DNA from: Squalus acanthias | Lineage: Eukaryota | Direction of reading: 5' to 3' | Assembly (NCBI GenBank): GCA_030390025.1 | Contig: CM059432.1 | Coordinates: forward strand, 34,164,001 to 34,228,000 | Length of the DNA stretch: 64,000 bases | Shown: piece after piece, positions 20,545-34,217 of the stretch | How the letters are laid out: every line of letters starts with the position of its first letter | How positions within the stretch are numbered: the first letter of the stretch is position 1 | Translations under genes and position numbers: made by a program | Notes under the pieces: generated by a model | Told to the model about the DNA's origin: nothing | Databases searched by the model: none | What the model saw: the letters and a program-made list of their open reading frames with translations, nothing else

Positions 20545-21151
20545 CCTGAGTCCATATCCAGGCCGACATTTCAGTGCAGTACACAAACCATCCTAACTTG
20601 GAAGTATATCGCCATTCCTTCATCGTCGCTGGGTCAAAATCCTGGAACTCCCTCCCTAACAGCACTGTGGGAGTACCTTCACCACATGGACTGCAGCGGT
20701 TCAAGAAGGCAGCTCACCACCACCTTCTCAAGGGCAACTAGGGATGGGCAATAAATGCTGGCCTTGTCAACGACGCCCACATCCCATGAACGAATACAAA
20801 AAAACTACTGAGGGAGTGCTGCAGTTTCGGAGTTGCCATCTTTCGGATGTGATGTGAAACTGAGGCCCCGACTACCCTCTCGGGTGGACGTAAAAGATCC
20901 CATGATACTATTCAGCGTGGAGCAGGGGTGTTCTCCCTGTTGTCATAGCCAACAACTATCCCTCAGTTACACCACTAAACAAAAAAGTTATTTCTGATTT
21001 ATCTCGTTGCTGTTTGTGGGATCTTGCTGTGCTCAAATTGGCAGCCTTGTTTTCCTACATTACAACAGTGACTACATTTCAAAAGTACTTCATTGGCTGT
21101 GAAGCACTTTGGGATGATCTGAGGACGTGAAAGGCGCTATATAAATGCAAG
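20545..21151 (+). mobile_element. Deu-domain SINE with nested LINE/SINE tail fragment (about 20583-20803)
   Basis: Deu body (ccatctttcggatgtgatgtgaaactgagg...taaaagatcccatg); tail gcgctatataaatgcaag is interrupted by the MITE at 21152. Confidence 0.75.
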
Positions 21152-21733
21152 GAGGGAAAAATTGAGTCGCGCCCCCTTTGGGGAGCTAACTTCGCCGGGG
21201 TGCTACTTTTAGCACCCCCGCGCTGAAATTCATCGGTAGTGCCCCAAGAGGGAAGCGAGGTGCTACTGGAAGTGCCCCGCCTCCCTCTTGGGGAGCTGCG
21301 AGCGAATATCGCGGCGCTACGTGCCGCGGTACTGCAGGCCTTCCTCCCCTTCTTAAAGGGGAGGGGCCTAGCGCAGCGCAACCTGGGTCCCAGCTGGGCC
21401 ACCAGGGATCGTAGTGCCGGCAAAAGAGCCCGGCACTCAAGCGAAGTGCCGGGCTCACGGAGCGCAGCCAGCACTCCGCTGGGGGGCTGAAGAAGAGGCC
21501 GGGGATGGCAACGGGGGCAGGTGCTGGCAGGCGGCCAGCAACAAAAATAGCCGCCCGGCACTTCACCTTTAATTAGCGCCGCCCTGGCTGCAGGTAGGCC
21601 CCCCTGACCCTGTCGGACATGGCGTCTGGCGGTAAGTCGGGGGCGCTACCAAAGATTGTGGCCAGGGCGCGAGCGGGGCGCTGCGCACGGCGATGACGTC
21701 ACAGGAGGCACAAAGCAACCGAATTTTTCCCCC
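21152..21733. mobile_element. Harbinger-type MITE (family of 45565-46245)
   Basis: Ends GAGGGAAAAATT and AATTTTTCCCCC; TSD AAG (21149-21151 and 21734-21736). Confidence 0.88.
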
Positions 21734-23996
21734 AAGTTCTTTCGTTCATTAAAATGTACTGGGATCGAAGGGTTTCGTTTAAACGGTGAAAGGCTTTTAG
21801 CATGAAGCAGCTAATAGTAGTGTGAGATTTTGCAATGCTGTAGAAATGCTCAGAGTTTTAGCTCTGAGCTGAGCTTGACTTCCTCCAAAAAATTTCATTT
21901 TTGAATGTGTTTTTCTGAAAGATCACGAACGAGAATAAAAACTGAATTCAAATTCTCAAACTGCCATGATAGGATTTGAACTCATATTCCCTCGATTATT
22001 AGTTCAGGCCTCTGAATTACCAGTCGAGTACTATAACTGCTACACTACTGTATCCTGTATGGTAAATAGATCATCAGATAATCTGAATTGAGAAAATTTG
22101 AATCATGGAATCACCGAATCTTATAGCACATAAGGAGGCCATTCAGCCCATCGTGCCTGTGCCAGCTCTTTGAAAGAGCGATCCAATTAGTCCCACTCAC
22201 CCGCTCTTTCCCCATAACCCTGCAAATTGCTCATTTTCAAGTATATATCCAGTTCCCTTTTGAAAGTTGCTATTCAATCTGCTTCCACCACGCTTTCAGG
22301 CGGCGCATTCCAGATGATAACAACTCGCTGCGTAAAATAATTTCTCCTGATCCCCCCCCCCCCGGTTCTTTTGCTAATTATCTTAAAATGAAGAGAAGTC
22401 GATTAAGGGATAAATACCCTCAATGCTTCTCTTAATTGTCCTTTGCAACTCCGGAGAAGAGCTGCAGGACCCTTAGAGAAAAAATGTAAAGGCTTTTTAT
22501 GCTGTTCTTCTGCTGAACTTACAGTGGATGAGCAGGAGACTCGCTGAGAAAATTCACCCTCTCATATTTGGTAATATTTTATATTAACTTTAAGAATTAC
22601 TACATCCACATTTATTAAGGGAACTGCCTATATAAACTTATCACACTGTATTTGCACCCTCCCGCCAGCAGAAGCACTGCATTGCCATCACTAACAAGTG
22701 GGTGTAATTACAGCATGAGAGGCTTCATAGGCAGTTCCCATTATTAATGTGGACAAAGGACTTTATAATAGAAATATAAAACTGATGACAGAACATATGA
22801 CTTTAAAATGGGAACCAAATTACATCTGCAAACCTTGGTCTGATCATCCCTCCACTCTGACCACACTTTACCTGAAGACTACACTGTGTTCTGACTCCCT
22901 GGGGGAAATTTTCAGAGGTAGGGACCCCGCTGTCAACCCGCCTCCACACTAGTCTCCCAGATATCGGATCTGTCATCGCTGAACAGGCCCGACACTAAGC
23001 GGCGGGGGAGCCAATTTAGATCATTAGAGAGATTGTTAAGAGGCAATTAGCTAGTATTTTATGCTTACCTTTAGATTTTTAGAATTCGCCAATGACTTCC
23101 CCGCTGCTCGGGGATCACGTCAGGTAAGGAGGTCGGGTGTTGTGTCAGCATGGGATGATTTCTTTACTTGACAGCTGCAAATGGTCTATAAAAGCTCCCA
23201 TTTCATAGCTGTTCACTTTCCAAGATTAGAAGCTGTTACTTACTGCATTTGGAAGACAGATTGAGCTTTATGCAGCTTGCAAGTGTTTGGAGCAAACTCT
23301 ATCCAGTGTCACCTCATTGGAACAACCTCTCTCACCATTGACAGATCACCTCTGTCATCTCAACTTCACCTGCCATCTCATCCATCAGCATTGGTGCCTT
23401 TGAAACTATCTCATCTTGGTCCTCAGAATCCCACCACGATCAGCCCCAACACCAGCAGTACCAGCACACCAGCAGCACCAATAACAACACCAACCTTCTC
23501 TGCAATCGGCTAGTGCTGCACAGGACACAGGGCATCAGCACCCGACCACGTTGTTGCCCGGGACGCCAGGGATGGCCTCCCCATGGCCACATTTACTTCA
23601 CTTGACGCTGTACACCCTGGCTGCCACATGATGCGACAGGTTGGCACCACCCCACACCAACACCATAAAGCATCCCTACAATGCCCAAGCCATTCCTTTC
23701 ACACTCAACGCGATTGCGGGGGGTACTGTTATGTCTCACCATTCACTGCAACTCACTAAGCCACTTCCAAAGATGCAGACAAATCTGTCCAAGAACGCAA
23801 AGTGTTGAAAATAAAGATTTCAATGTTTGACAGTACATTACCAGAAACTTCACATGAACATTGGCTAAAACACCCAAGTGCCTACCCTTGTAGGTTGTTA
23901 GTTAATATGATTGGACTAGGATGAGGGTGAGTGTGAGAGGTGGCTAGTGAGATGGGGAAGTAGATGGAGAGATATGGGTGGAGGTGCAAGGTAAGT

Positions 23997-25283
23997 TGGA
24001 TTATGAAAGGGAAATCGTGTTTGACAAACTTACTGGAGTTTTTTGAGGATGTAACTGGTAGAATAGATAAGGGAGAACCAGTGGATGTGGTGTATTTGGA
24101 TTTTCAGAAGGCCTTTGATAAAGTCCCACATAAGAGGTTAGTGTGCAAAATTAAAGCACATGGGATTGGGGGTAATATACTGGCATGGATTGAAAATTGG
24201 TTAACAGACAGGAAACAGAGAGTAGGAATAAATGGGTCTTTTTCAGGGTGGCAGGCGGTGACTAGTGGGGTACCGCAGGGATCAGTGCTTGGGCCCCAGC
24301 TATTCACAATATATATCAATGATTTGGATGAGGGAACCAAATGTAATATTTCCAAGTTTGCTGACGACATGAAACTAGGAGGGATTGTGAGTTGTGAGGA
24401 GGATGCAAAGAGACTTCAAGGCGATTTAGACAAGTTGAGTGAGTGGGCAAATACATGGCAGATCCAGTATAACATGGATAAATGTGAAGTTATCCACTTC
24501 GGTAGGAAAAACAGAAAGGCAGAGTATTATTTAAATGGTGATAGATTGGGAAATGTTGATGTACAAAGGGACCTGGGTGTCCTTGTACACCAGTCATTGA
24601 AAGCAAACATGCAGGTGCAGCAAGCAGTTAGGAAGGCAAATGGTATGTTGACCTTCATTGCAAGAGGATTTCAGTACAGGAACAAGGATGTCTTACTACA
24701 GTTATACAGGGCCTTGGTGAGACCACACCTGGAGTACTGTGTGCAGTTTTGGTCTCCTTACCTAAGAAAGGATATACTTGCCATAGAGGGAGTGCAGCGA
24801 AGGTTCACCAGACTGATTCCTGGGATGGCAGGACTGTCGGATGAGGAGAGATTGGGTCGACTAGGCCTGTATTCACTAGAGTTTGGAAGAATGAGAGGGG
24901 ATCTCATTGAAATGTATAACATTCTGACAGGGCTAGACAGACTGGATGCAGGGAGGATGTTTCCCCTGGCTGGGGGGTCTAGAACGAGGGGGTCACAGTC
25001 TCACGATACGGGGTAGGACATTTAGGACTGAGATGAGGAGAAATTTCTTCACTCAGAGGGTGGTGAACCTGTGGAATTCTCTACCACAGAAGGCTGTGGA
25101 GGCCAAGTCACTGAATATATTTAAGAAGGAGATAGATAGATTTCTAGACACAAAAGGCATCAAGGGGAGAGCGCGGGAATATGGTATTGATATAGAGTAT
25201 CAGCCATGATCATATTGAATGGCGGAGCAGGCTCGAAGGGCCGAATGGCCTACTCCTGCTCCTATTTTTCTATGTTTCTATGT
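23997..25283 (+). mobile_element. 5'-truncated CR1 LINE with a long open RT segment
   Basis: ORF 23964-25016 has YLDFQKAFDKVPH, GVPQGSVLGP, KFADDMKL; 3' tail tttctatgtttctatg. Confidence 0.93.
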
Positions 25284-25384
25284 ATGAGTAAGGATGTGCA
25301 TGAGTAGGGTAGGGAAGGCAGAATGATGGGGATGTGATCTATGGCACAGCAGGATGAGGTTGAGTGTGGCTTTGCAGTAATGTT

Positions 25385-25605
25385 TCGTGATCTACTGAGA
25401 TAATTGAAAGGTTTGCACCACTGCAGCCTGGTCCTCCTTACGACATCTCTGCTTGTGCCATCCTGTGCAATGTGCAACCAGGCTGCGTTGATCACCTGGG
25501 GAGGTCTCTTCCACCCATGGGAAGGGAATAGAACCTCCCTGCATGCTGTAACTCCCTCCATAAGCATATGGAGGGAGTCATGGGAGAGCCTGGGTGCAGC
25601 CGTGC
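25385..25605 (-). pseudogene. Myb/SANT-like domain remnant (Harbinger accessory gene exon 1)
   Basis: AAPRLSHDSLHMLMEGVTACREVLFPSHGWKRPP...AW...RTRLQWCKPFNYLSRS aligns by eye with exon 1 of element B. Confidence 0.7.
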
Positions 25606-26278
25606 ACCTCTGTGCAGTGCTTGTCAGTGTTTGCAGCACCTCAATGCTGTCGAACACTGACAGCACAAATGTCAAATTTGCGCATGGTCCCTTTAAGGAA
25701 ACCAGCTGATCATAGAGAATTACAGCATGGAAGGAGGCCATTTCGGCCCATCAAGTCCGCGCCGGCCAACAAAGAGCTATCCAGCCTAATCCCACTTCCC
25801 AGCTCTAGGTCCGTAGCCCTGCAGGTTACAGCATCCCAAGTGCACATCCAAGTACTTTTTAAATGTGGTTAGGGTTTCTGCCTCTACCACCCTTTCAGGC
25901 AGTGAGTTCCAAACCCCCACAACCCACTGGGTGAAGAAATCAAGTAACGTCATCAGACCCGCTTACTTCAATTGACCGGAAAACGCGCTGGGCGGGCTTA
26001 ACAAGCCCATTCAGCGTAAAATTCTTTTCACAGAGCGGGATGGAGCCAGCAGCAGGGTCGTACCCCGCCTCCGACCCCAGCCGCCCCGGACCCGCCTACC
26101 GAGGCGACATCATGGCCTGAGTGTGCAATGCCACAGGAGATCGACTAATATATAATAGATATACTTAGGTGCAATTATATATTTTACTCGGACTTTAAAA
26201 AGGATATTATTTTTTTCTGCATTTTACAATTTTAAAATAACTATTCCTTGAACAAATTTCCAACGGCTGCTACCCAGA

Positions 26279-27792
26279 CTCACACTCACACACTCACATA
26301 CTCACACACACACTCACTCACACACTCACATACTCACACACTCTCACTCACACACTCACACAAACACACACTCTCTCACACACACACACACACTCACTCA
26401 CACACACTCACTCACACACACAAACTCTCACACACACACTCTCACTCACACACAAACTCTCACTCACACACACTCACTCACACACACAAACTCTCACTCA
26501 CACACGCTCACTCACACACTCACTCACACACTCACTCACACACGCACACTCACTCACACACACACACACTCACTCACACTCACTCACACACACACTCTCA
26601 GTCGCACACACTCTCACACACTCACACAAACACACACTCTCTCACACACACACACTCACTCACACACACTCACTCACACACACAAACTCTCACACACACA
26701 CTCTCACTCACACACAATCACTCACACACACAAACTCTCACTCACACACGCTCACTCACACACTCACTCACACACTCACTCACACACGAACACTCACTCA
26801 CACACACACACACTCACTCACACACACTCTCACTCACATACAAACTCTCACTCACACACACTCACTCACACACAAACTCTCACTCTCACACACACACACA
26901 CTCACACACACACACACACACTCACACACACACTCTCACACACACACTCACTCACACACTCACACACACAAACTATCAGTCACACACACACACAAACTAT
27001 CAGTCACACACACACACACTCACACACACACACACTCTCACACACACACTCACACACACTCACTCTCACACACTCACTCACACACACACACACTCTCACA
27101 CACACACACTCACTCACACACACTCTCACTCACACACACACACACACACTCATTCACACACACACACTCTCACTCACTCACACACTCACACACACACTCA
27201 CTCACACACTCTCACTCACACACACACTCACCCACACTCCCACTCACACTCTCTCACACACTCTCACTCACACACACTCTCACTCACATACACACATGTT
27301 CACACACACTCTCACTCACACACTCTCACACACACACTCACACATACTCTCACACACTCACTCACACACACACTCTCTCACACACACACTCTCACTCACA
27401 CACACTCACACACACTCACTCACACAGACACTCACTCACACAGACACTCTCACTCACTCACACACGCTCACTCACACACACTCACAAACACTCACTCACA
27501 CACACTCACAACACTCACTCACACTCACTCACTCACACTCACTCACACACACACACATACTCACACGCTCACACACACATACACGCTCACTCACACACAC
27601 TCACAAACACTCACTCACACTCACTCACTCACTCACTCACACACACTCTCACTCACACTCACTCACACACACACACATACTCACACGCTCACACACACAT
27701 ACACACTCAATCACACTCATTCACACACACATACACTCACACACACTCACACACTGACACACACGCTCACACACGCAGACACACACTCACAC
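26279..27792. repeat. 1.5-kb compound (CA)n/(CTCA)n microsatellite
   Basis: Directly visible. Confidence 0.97.
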
Positions 27793-27809
27793 TCCACCTC
27801 TCTGCTCAC

Positions 27810-28570
27810 TCCCCTTCCCCACTCCTCAAAGCCCTCCAGTTTGACTCTGATACAGTTGAAGCTGGTGGTAGCCCAGGACAGGCTGTGATGTGTTCTATGA
27901 GACTTCTTTCCAGCTAGTTGTCTGGTGACGAGCTTTCTTCTGATTGACAGTTGCTGACTGTACAATCACCCTGCTCCCTGTGGCAATGGATCCTGATTGG
28001 ACACCCTTCGTCAACTCTCCTTTTTTGGGTTAATATTTTTCTCTGGTATAATTTAGTCCCTATTGTTGGATCCTGTGCTTTGCGAATCCCTGGCTATTCT
28101 AGATTTTTTTTAAATTTTTGAATGGGATTTACTGAACGATCACGAAAAGAGAATAGAGAAAAACATTAGCTCGGTTCCAAAGGGCTTTTATTTAAAGAGG
28201 AAGATTTACAACGCTGACTAGTTATGGAAATGCGGCTGTTTGGATATTACCTGGTTCTACTGAACGTGAAGCAAGTCATGGCAAGTTACCCAGTTTGGTG
28301 GTAAGTTGGGAAAAGTTTCTCAACGTTTTCTTGAAACTTTTTTTTTTACTTGGGGTGTATCTCTCACTAAATGTTGCGTTGTAGATTCTCTGCTGGGTAA
28401 AGCTAATGTAAAATATAGAGAGAGCTTGTACTTTAACCCTCAGCATCCTCCAGTTGTTTAGGTTACAGGATACAGTATCAGGTGTTTGAACTGCATGCCT
28501 CACTTTTTATCGGGAAGTCGGAGAGGGGAGAGCGGAGGTGGTAGAGGCTGACACCCGGTGCTGTGCAGTA
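27810..28570. promoter_or_regulatory. Candidate, possibly bidirectional, promoter / first-exon region
   Basis: Unique sequence between two microsatellites; CTGATTGG (CCAAT on minus) at 27993-28000; CpGs more frequent than in flanking unique DNA; outward-facing donor-like sites at 27809 (minus) and 28568 (plus). Confidence 0.35.
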
Positions 28571-28599
28571 ACTTTTTCTTGCGTGTGCATTTATTTGTT

Positions 28600-29300
28600 T
28601 TTGTGCGTGTATGATTTTGTGTGTCTGTGTGTGTGTCTGTCTGTGTCTGTCTGTCTGTCTGTGTGTGTGTGTGTCTGTCTGTCTGTGTGTGTGTCTGTCT
28701 GTCTGTGTGTGTGTCTGTGTCTGTCTGTGTGTATGTCTGTGTGTATGTATGTCTGTGTGTGTGTGTGTGTCTGTCTGTCTGTGTCTGTGTGTCTGTGTCT
28801 GTCTGTGTGTGTGTGTCTATGTGTATGTAGGTAGGGTATCTGTGTGTCTCTGTGTGTCTGTGTGCGTGTCTGTCTGTGTCTGTGTGTGTGTCCGTGTGTG
28901 TGTGTCTGTCTGTGTGCGCCTCTGTGTGTGTGTCTCTGTGTGTGTGTCTGTCTCTGTGTCTGTGTCTGTGTGTGTGTCCATGTGTGTGTCGGTCTGTGTC
29001 TGTCTGTCTGTGCCTCTGTGTGTGTGTGTGTCTCTCTCTCTCTCTCTGTGTGTGTCTCTCTGTGTGTGTGTGTGTGTGTCTCTCTCTCTGTGTCTCTGTG
29101 TGTGTGTCTCGCTCTCTCTCTGTGTCTCTGTATGTGTGTGTGTGTCTCTCTCTGTGTCTCTGTGTGTGTATGTGTGTCTCTCTCTCTGTGTCTCTGTGTG
29201 TGTGTGTGTGTGTCTCTCTCTCTCTGTCTCTGTATGTGTATGTGTGTGTGTCTCTCTCTCTGTGTGTCTCTGTGTGTGTATGTATGTGTGTCTATGCTGG
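28600..29300. repeat. Compound (TG)n/(TC)n microsatellite
   Basis: Directly visible. Confidence 0.97.
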
Positions 29301-29308
29301 TTTGTCAG

Positions 29309-29343
29309 GTGTTAGAACTATTTGCTTGGAGCAAAATAAGCAG
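29309..29343 (+). other. Candidate small exon (35 nt)
   Basis: tttgtcag acceptor and a perfect CAG|GTAAGT donor. Confidence 0.3.
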
Positions 29344-30419
29344 GTAAGTTGAGATTTGACGCCCAGGCGAGCTGAGAGCAAAAAAAAGGAAGAGAACTAC
29401 GAGAGCAGTAAATCTTGTATTTCTAATATCTCGGGCTGTATTGTGACGCCAGTTTGACTTTCTCCAGATATGGGATCGTTCTGTACCGAAAGGTCACTCG
29501 AGAACAAAGATAAAACATTGCGCTGTTACAGCCTGCTGTAAAGAGGGGATTTCGGAGATGAGAATGTGCTGAACTGAGCTTGAAAACTGTTTAAAGTGGG
29601 TCGCGAGAGTGAGCAGGTGTTAGAGACGGGCTTAGAGCCAAAGGCGGCGCAGTGTGTGTACCTCTCCCTCTCACATTATCACGCTCTGTCTCTATATAGG
29701 CACTCTCTCTACATAGTTACAGATTTAACGCCCTATTCTCTATTTATCTATTTCAGTATATCTGCATTTCTAGCTTTCTCTATACATTTCTCTCAATGCA
29801 TGTACATTTCCTTGTTTATTTCTCTCGGTTTTCCTACTACATTTAATTATTCTAGATCTATGTAGCTATATCTCTGTATCTATATATGTGTGCGTGTTCC
29901 GTCCGTTTCTCCGAAATATAGAATGAAAGGGGAATCGAGCATAGAGCAAAGCTTTAGATATAAGAGGGATAGAGTGTGAGAGGTGAACAGAGATATTTAG
30001 CCATGGGATTATTTTTCTCTATCCTCCTCACTTTCTCTATATTCTTTCCTCCCTCTGCTGTCTGGATCTTTATTCCACTCTCCCCGTTTCCCTATTTTTC
30101 TCTGTCTATTCTTTCATTACTTCTCCCTCTCGCTCTATCTCTGACTATTTATTTATTTATATGCCTGTCTCTCCTTTCAATATCGATTCCTCGCTCTATC
30201 TGTATTTTCGCGCTATCTGTTTTCCCGGAAAAATCTAGATCCCTCCCTTTACCATCTACCGTCCGCGCTGTCTATTTAAATTGTCAGCTTTACACTTCGT
30301 TTCTGTAATCGCGTTCCGACAGAGGCAGTATAACGGACAGTGCGAGTGTGAAGGGGAGCTGACCTTCAGCACAGTGAGAAATGAACTGGTCCCCCTGCGA
30401 GCGGGGCAGAGAAAGAAAG

Positions 30420-30780
30420 ACAGTGAGAGAATGAGAGATTGAGAGAGAGAGAGACACTCACAAAGATATGGAGAGCCACAGAGAGACAGAGAGGGGGAGA
30501 TTAAAAAATGATACCAAGAGAGAGAGACAGAGAGGGAGAGATACAGAGAGAGAGAGAGAGAGGGAGAGAGAGAGAGACAGAGAGAGGGAGAGATACACAG
30601 AGATATGGAGAGACAGAGGGAGGGAGAGATACACAGAGAGATGGAGAGACAGAGAGAGGGAGAGATACACAGAGAGATGGAGAGACAGAGAGAGGGAGAG
30701 ATATACCGAGACACACGGAGAGAGACAGAGAGGAAGAGATGTGTGTATCCCACACACACACACACACACATGCTAACACA
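30420..30780. repeat. (GA)n-rich low-complexity repeat with 36-bp units
   Basis: gagatacacagagagatggagagacagagagaggga repeated about 4 times. Confidence 0.9.
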
Positions 30781-31034
30781 TCCACCGAAATTGAGACACA
30801 GTCACACAGAGAGATTCACATAAAGATACATCAGATACATCTACTTATACCCGAACACACTCAGAGTCACATCTAACACATCTGCTTAAACCCAGATACA
30901 ACTATGCAGACCCGGACAATTTACTTATGCCCAGGCATACACAGCCACACACCACATATACATACATGTATCTGGACTCAGCCAGACGTACACACACATA
31001 CACACATACACAAACACACAGAAAAATATGTATG

Positions 31035-31572
31035 ATGCGTCAGTTGTATCGAGCCTTGGCCAGACCCCATCTGGAGCACTGCTTTCATTTTTGGGCACTT
31101 GACCTCAGGAAGGATATACTGGCCTTGGAGGGGGCGCAGTGCAGATTCACCAGAATAACAGGGCTTAAAGGGTTAAATTGTATAAACTCACCTTGTATTC
31201 TCTTGAATTTAGACGGGTGAGGGGTGATTTGATTGAGGTATTTAAAATGATACAAGGATTCAATAGGGTAGAAATGGTGGTGGAATCAAGAACAGGAGGG
31301 CACAATTTTAAAATTCGAGCTTGGCCATTTAGGTGCGAAATCAGGAAGCGCTTTTTCACACAAAGGGTAGTGGAAATCTGGAACACGCTCCCCCTTGATG
31401 CTGGGTCAATTAGAGCTTTCAAGACTGAGATTGATTGATTTTTGTTAAATAAGGGGTATTAAGGGATATGGAACAAAGGTGGGTCAATGGAGTTGAAGTA
31501 CAGATCAGCCATGGTCTGATGGAATGGTGAACCAGGCATGAGAGACTGAATGGCCTACTCCTGTTCCTATGT
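31035..31572 (+). mobile_element. CR1 LINE 3' fragment
   Basis: QLYRALARPHLEHC; LYSLEFRRVRGDLIEVFK; CR1 tail. Confidence 0.88.
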
Positions 31573-32654
31573 AACAGAGAGCATTCGTGTATATTTTAAC
31601 TAATCTCCCACAGTGTTGCTCACTGTAACTGAGAGGGTGCGCTGCTTTATGAAAACAGGAACACTGTCATGTGAAACGCAGTAAGCCTGCAATTCTGTGG
31701 GCTACCACTCGTCTCCCAACATAACTTTACCATGTAACTGACGGACAGCGCAAAGAAATGTCTGTTCTCAGCTGCTGACACTATTGCTAGGGGGTTTACA
31801 GGGCGCCCAGTAAGTAATCATGGGGTTCGCCATTTAGGAGCTCAGTTAAGAAGCTGCAGACATTCTGGCTTCGGCATTCTGTGTTTCTGGAAATATTCTC
31901 TTTAATTCTCTTTAAAACTTAAGGAGGAGACTTGAACCATGCCAGGGGAGTGTGATGGAGGGAAGATGTGCAGATATGTTGTAATAGTACTGGTTGGCTT
32001 CCTATGGCATTGCTCCTGGAGAGTTGGGGGAAAGTTGTTTAATACAGAGAGGGGGTTATCCGGTCTGATGGAGAATGTATTATTGTTAATTAGTTTAGTT
32101 CAAATGTTGACTAAAAACAAATAAATAAATATGAAATACAGCAAATGGTGACGAGAAATTGAAATTAAATAAAGGTAATTGAAAAAATCGATGAAATTGT
32201 ACATTAGAAAGTTTTTGTATAATTATAGAGATTGGGAAATATGGAACGAGATGTAAAACAAAGTAAGGTGAAATCTATCTGATTGTACATCACAATATGT
32301 TTACACATATATACTAGCAGATCTTCAGTGCTCATGCTGAGTCAGAGGATGCGTTGTTTTACAATAGGCTGCTGTGTTGTGTCACATAAGATGTGATCTT
32401 AGAACCATTGATTCACAGTAACTGACTAAGTCAAATTACATTTTAATTAGCTGGTATCTGGGATTCTGCCTGGTATTTTAGGAATGAAATTCCATGACTC
32501 AGGCCACTATTCTGTGAAAACCATAAATGAGTGACCTTTATTTATTCACATACACTCCTTTACTTATATGTGTTTAATGCTCATCCCAGTTTTAAAAACA
32601 AGGACATGTAACAAGGTTATATGCAAGATGTACCCAGTCGGAGACCAATACCAA

Positions 32655-32910
32655 ATAGCAGCACAGGGGCAGAGGAGTTAGCAGCATAGGGGCGGGGAGG
32701 AGTTAGCAACACGGGGGGGAGGGAGGAGTTAGCAGCACGGTGGGGGGGGAGGAGTTAGCACGGTGGGGGGGGAGGGGTTAGCAGCACAGGGGGGGAGGGG
32801 TTAGCAGCACGGGGGTGGGGAGGGGTTAGCAGCACGGGGGTGGGAGGGGTTAGCAGCACAGTGGGGGAGGGGTTAGCAGCACGGGGGTGAGAAGGGGTTA
32901 GCAGCACAGG
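32655..32910. repeat. G-rich minisatellite, about 24-26-bp unit
   Basis: ggggttagcagcacgggggtggga and variants, about 10 copies. Confidence 0.9.
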
Positions 32911-32913
32911 CTA

Positions 32914-34217
32914 GGGGTCCTGGAGTCTGGGTATAACTGGGGTGGGGGTCCTGGAGTTTGGGTATAACTGGGGTCGGGGTCCTGGAGTCTGGTATAACTG
33001 GGGTGGGGGTCCTGGAGTTCGATATAACTGGGTTGGGGGTCCTGGAGTCTGGTATAACTGGGGTGGGGGTCCTGGAGTTTGGGTATAACTGGGGTGGGGG
33101 TCCTGGAGTTCGATATAACTGGGTTGGGGGTCCTGGAGTCTGGTATAACTGGGGTGGGGGTCCTGGAGTTTGGGTATTACTGGGTTGGGGGTCCTGGAGT
33201 TTGGGTATAACTGTGGTAGGGGTCCTGGAGTTTGGGTATAACTGGGGTGGGGGTCCTGGAGTTTGGTATAACTGGGGTGGGGGTCCTGGAGTTTGGTATA
33301 ACTGGGGTGGGGGTCCTGGAGTTTGGTATAACTGGGGTGGGGGTCCTGGAGTTTGGTATAACTGGGGTGGGGGTCCTGGAGTTTGATATAACTGGGGTGG
33401 GGGTCCTGGAGTTTGGGTTTCACTGGGGTGGGGTCCTGGAGTTTGGGTATAACTGGGGTGGGGGTCCTGGAGTTTGGGTATAACTGGGGTGGGGGTCCTG
33501 GAGTTTGGGTATAACAAGGGTGGGGGTCCTGGAGTTTGGTATAACTGGGGTGGGGTCCTGGAGTCTGGTATAACTGGGGTGGGGGTCCTGGAGTTTGGTA
33601 TAACTGGGGTGGGGGTCCTGGAGTTTGGTATAACTGGGGGGGGTCCTGGAGTTTGGTATAACTGGGGTGGGGGTCCTGGAGTTTGGTATAACTGGGGTGG
33701 GGGTCCTGGAGTTCGGTATAACTCGGGGGGGGGTGGGGTCCTCTGGTTTGGTATAACTGGGGTGGGGGTCCTGGAGTTTGGTATAACTGGGGTGGGGGTC
33801 CTGGAGTTTGGTATAACTGGGGTGGGGGTCCTGGAGTTTGGTATAACTGGGGTGGGGGTCCTGGAGTTTGGTATAACTGGGGTGGGGGTCCTGGAGTTCG
33901 GTATAACTCGGGGGAGGGTGGGGTCCTCTGGTTTGGTATAACTGGGGTGGGGGTCCTGGAGTTCGGTATAACTGGGGTGGGGGTCCTGGAGTTTGGTATA
34001 ACTGGGGTGGGGGTCCTGGAGTTCGGTATAACTCGGGGGGGGTGGGGTCCTCTGGTTTGGTATAACTGGGGTGGGGGTCCTGGAGTTCGGTATAACTCGG
34101 GGGGGGTGGGGTCCTCTGGTTTGGTATAACTGGGGTGGGGGTCCTGGAGTTCGGTATAACTCGGGGGGAGGGTGGGGTCCTCTGGTTTGGTATAACTGGG
34201 GTGGGGTCCTCTGGTTT
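32914..34217. repeat. G-rich 30-bp minisatellite (about 40 copies)
   Basis: Unit ggggtcctggagtttggtataactggggtg with variants. Confidence 0.97.

Larger units (their letters stand above)
22901..26117. mobile_element. Decayed Harbinger derivative (element D) with nested CR1 and Myb-like remnant
   Basis: Starts GGGGGAAATTTT; subterminal cccgcc motifs as in the 6609 family; Myb remnant at about 25385-25605; right end approximate and no clear TSD. Confidence 0.55.

Noticed and set aside
26248..27888. 546-aa His/Thr-rich ORF
   Set aside because: Translation of a CA/CTCA microsatellite that cannot contain stops; no ATG start
28538..29352. Cys/Val-rich ORFs
   Set aside because: Translations of the TG/TC microsatellite in all frames
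31939..32124. Short ORF with a signal-peptide-like stretch (MCRYVVIVLVGFLWHCSW)
   Set aside because: No convincing splice donor or recognisable homology; cannot be supported from sequence alone
32760..32900. Interstitial telomeric repeat
   Set aside because: Only a GGGTTAG substring inside a longer unit; no (TTAGGG)n run
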